Origin: a virus
Strand: one strand, 5' to 3'
IMG/VR virus record: IMGVR_UViG_2773857672_000001
Span: 1-34,928 of that record
DNA: 34,928 nucleotides
Shown: positions 33,527-34,928 of the stretch, one piece after another
How the letters are laid out: every line of letters starts with the position of its first letter
How positions within the stretch are numbered: position 1 is the stretch's first letter
The notes under the pieces: generated by a model
What the model saw: only the letters and a program-made list of their open reading frames with translations
What the model was told of the DNA's origin: nothing
The model's database searches: none
Position numbers and translations under genes: made by a program

Positions 33527-34723
33527 TTACTTGCTGACGTTCCGTTCCAACCACTCAGCCCACACCTGCAGACCGGCCCGCTTCTCTTCGAAGTAGTCAT
33601 ATCGGTCATAGTGCTTCGACGATACGTCGTTGAAGGCGTGCCCCTGGATCCGGTCCCGTAATTCCTTGCTCAGCCCGGCGCTGGCCATCAGCGTCTTGCA
33701 GGTCCGCCGCAGGTCGCGCAGCGTGAAAGGCCCGGAGAATGCCTTCTCATGCCGCTGATAGAGCTTTGTCACCGCCCTAGACAGTGACTGCACGTTGAGC
33801 GGCTGGCCCTGGACCCGGCCTTGGAACGGATAGGGACTCTGCTCATCGATCTCTGCCATCGTGTGCAGCACCTGCCGCATCGGCTCGTTGAACGGCACCA
33901 CGTGCAGCTGCCGCTCTCCCTGGACCCGGCCCTTCGCGCTGCGAATCACCAGGTGGTCGTCGTGGTACATCGACCGATCAGACGCGAGCAGCTGCTCTGG
34001 TCGCTGACCGCCGGCGGCAATGAGAAAGCGGAGCAGCTCGGCGGTGGTAAGAGACAATTTCTCCGGCAGTAGCTGCCAGAGCGTCCGAAGTTCGACCTTC
34101 GACAGCGCCCGGTCTCCAGGCTGCTCCCAGTCCTCTTGCACTGGGATGCTGGCCACCGGATTGCTCTGCAGGCCGAAGCGCACCTTCACCTGCAGATAGC
34201 TACGCGGGTTGTATTCCTGCTCAAGCCCTGCCTGGAATGCTGCGTGCAGCTGCGATCGCACTCGGTTGCAGTAGGTAGTGACGCCGTTATCGATCATGCG
34301 GCTGATGATGTCCCGAATGTCCGCAGGACCGATCAGCGACGCCGGCCGCTTCACCAGTCCCGGGAACGGCTCGCAAACATAATGCCGAAACGACCAGGCC
34401 ACATTGCCAGCCGAGGCCGCCCCCTCCCCTTCCAGCTTCGCCAGGTACGAATCCAGCAGCTCCTGGAAGGTACCAGCGGCCGCCACCAGCTCCTTTTCGT
34501 CCCGGCAGCGATCGCGCGCATCCGTCAGCGTCAATGCCGGCCAGTTACCCAGCTTGCGCTTGCTCTTCTGCTCGCCGATTCGGCGCTGGTAATAGAACTC
34601 CTTAGAGCCGTTGGGCCGCACCCGGAGCACCAGGACACCCTCGCCCCGGGCAGTACGGCCATCTGAAACCGAGTACTCCTTCTCTCGCGGCTTAAGGGCG
34701 CGGATCTGCTTTTCCGTGAGCAT
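33527..34723 (-). CDS. int: Tyrosine integrase (P4-like, DUF4102-type N-terminal arm-binding domain)
   Basis: Start MLTEKQIRALKPREKEYSVSDG...LVLRVRPNGSKEFYYQ. C-terminal catalytic region has RDLRRT...GH...Y. Adjacent to attR. Confidence 0.9.
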   Translation of the reverse strand: MLTEKQIRALKPREKEYSVSDGRTARGEGVLVLRVRPNGSKEFYYQRRIGEQKSKRKLGNWPALTLTDARDRCRDEKELVAAAGTFQELLDSYLAKLEGEGAASAGNVAWSFRHYVCEPFPGLVKRPASLIGPADIRDIISRMIDNGVTTYCNRVRSQLHAAFQAGLEQEYNPRSYLQVKVRFGLQSNPVASIPVQEDWEQPGDRALSKVELRTLWQLLPEKLSLTTAELLRFLIAAGGQRPEQLLASDRSMYHDDHLVIRSAKGRVQGERQLHVVPFNEPMRQVLHTMAEIDEQSPYPFQGRVQGQPLNVQSLSRAVTKLYQRHEKAFSGPFTLRDLRRTCKTLMASAGLSKELRDRIQGHAFNDVSSKHYDRYDYFEEKRAGLQVWAEWLERNVSK

Positions 34724-34725
34724 GT

Positions 34726-34749
34726 TTGGGGTCCGTTTCTGGGGGCCGT
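34726..34749 (+). promoter_or_regulatory. Candidate integrase arm-type sites, attR arm, immediately upstream of the int start codon
   Basis: TGGGGTCCGT at 34727-34736 and TGGGGGCCGT at 34740-34749. They lie 3-26 nt upstream of the int ATG (34723, minus strand). Confidence 0.55.
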
Positions 34750-34880
34750 TCGCCGGAATCAAGGTGGTTTCACCTGAGACGAGGTGAGACAGCCCATGGG
34801 TATGGAAACCCGCGATTCTACTGGCTTCCAGCGCCAATCTGACACTTCATGAACCAACCTGAGATTCTAGGCGGAGCAGT

Positions 34881-34928
34881 TTCCCAAGCTCATGACGAGG
34901 GTTCGATTCCCTTCGCCCGCTCCAGATT
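34881..34928. repeat. attR core (direct repeat copy 2; partial tRNA-Gly 3' copy)
   Basis: Identical to 1-48. The upstream bases (ggcggagcagt) cannot form the anticodon or acceptor stems, so this copy is not a full tRNA. Confidence 0.9.

Larger units (their letters stand above)
1..34928. mobile_element. Complete P2/186-like prophage integrated into tRNA-Gly(CCC)
   Basis: 48-bp direct repeats at both window ends. Full P2 gene order is present (P-Q / O N M L X lysis R S V W J I H G FI FII E T U D), plus an immunity/early region and an integrase next to attR. Confidence 0.92.

Noticed and set aside
34838-34928. A complete tRNA gene at the right end
   Set aside because: Only the 48-bp repeat matches tRNA-Gly. 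The preceding bases cannot pair with the GCTCA anticodon-stem strand or the CGCCCGC acceptor strand.

Overview
The window is one complete P2/186-like (Peduovirus-type) temperate myophage prophage of about 34.9 kb in a high-GC, Pseudomonas-like background. It is bounded by a 48-bp direct repeat (1-48 and 34881-34928). That repeat is the anticodon-loop-to-CCA part of a tRNA-Gly(CCC) gene. Left to right the layout is: attL, a non-coding arm with repeats, and a candidate cos site. Then comes a low-GC two-gene moron (ClpP-fold protease-like gene plus a 52-aa ORF absent from the ORF track). The leftward late operon follows (terminase large, portal, Dam methylase). The rightward head, lysis and tail genes are O N M L X, holin, endolysin, overlapped spanins, R and S. 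An antisense low-GC moron sits at the S/V junction. Baseplate, fibre and tail genes are V W J I H G FI FII E/E+E' T U D. After D comes an SOS-box-controlled small ORF, then a low-GC immunity module (XRE repressor co-transcribed with a secreted protein). The 186-style early operon follows (Ner/Cro-like, CII-like, Ogr/B-like zinc finger, toprim primase-helicase, DEDDh exonuclease, AlpA). The tyrosine integrase and attR close the element. The strongest candidates for new biology are the three composition-deviant accessory loci (about 775-1725, 11690-12512 and 25480-26640), the SOS-box small gene, and the repeat-rich att-cos arm. All protein calls rest on remembered family motifs and P2/186 synteny. 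No database search was possible, so functions of the accessory genes are hypotheses.
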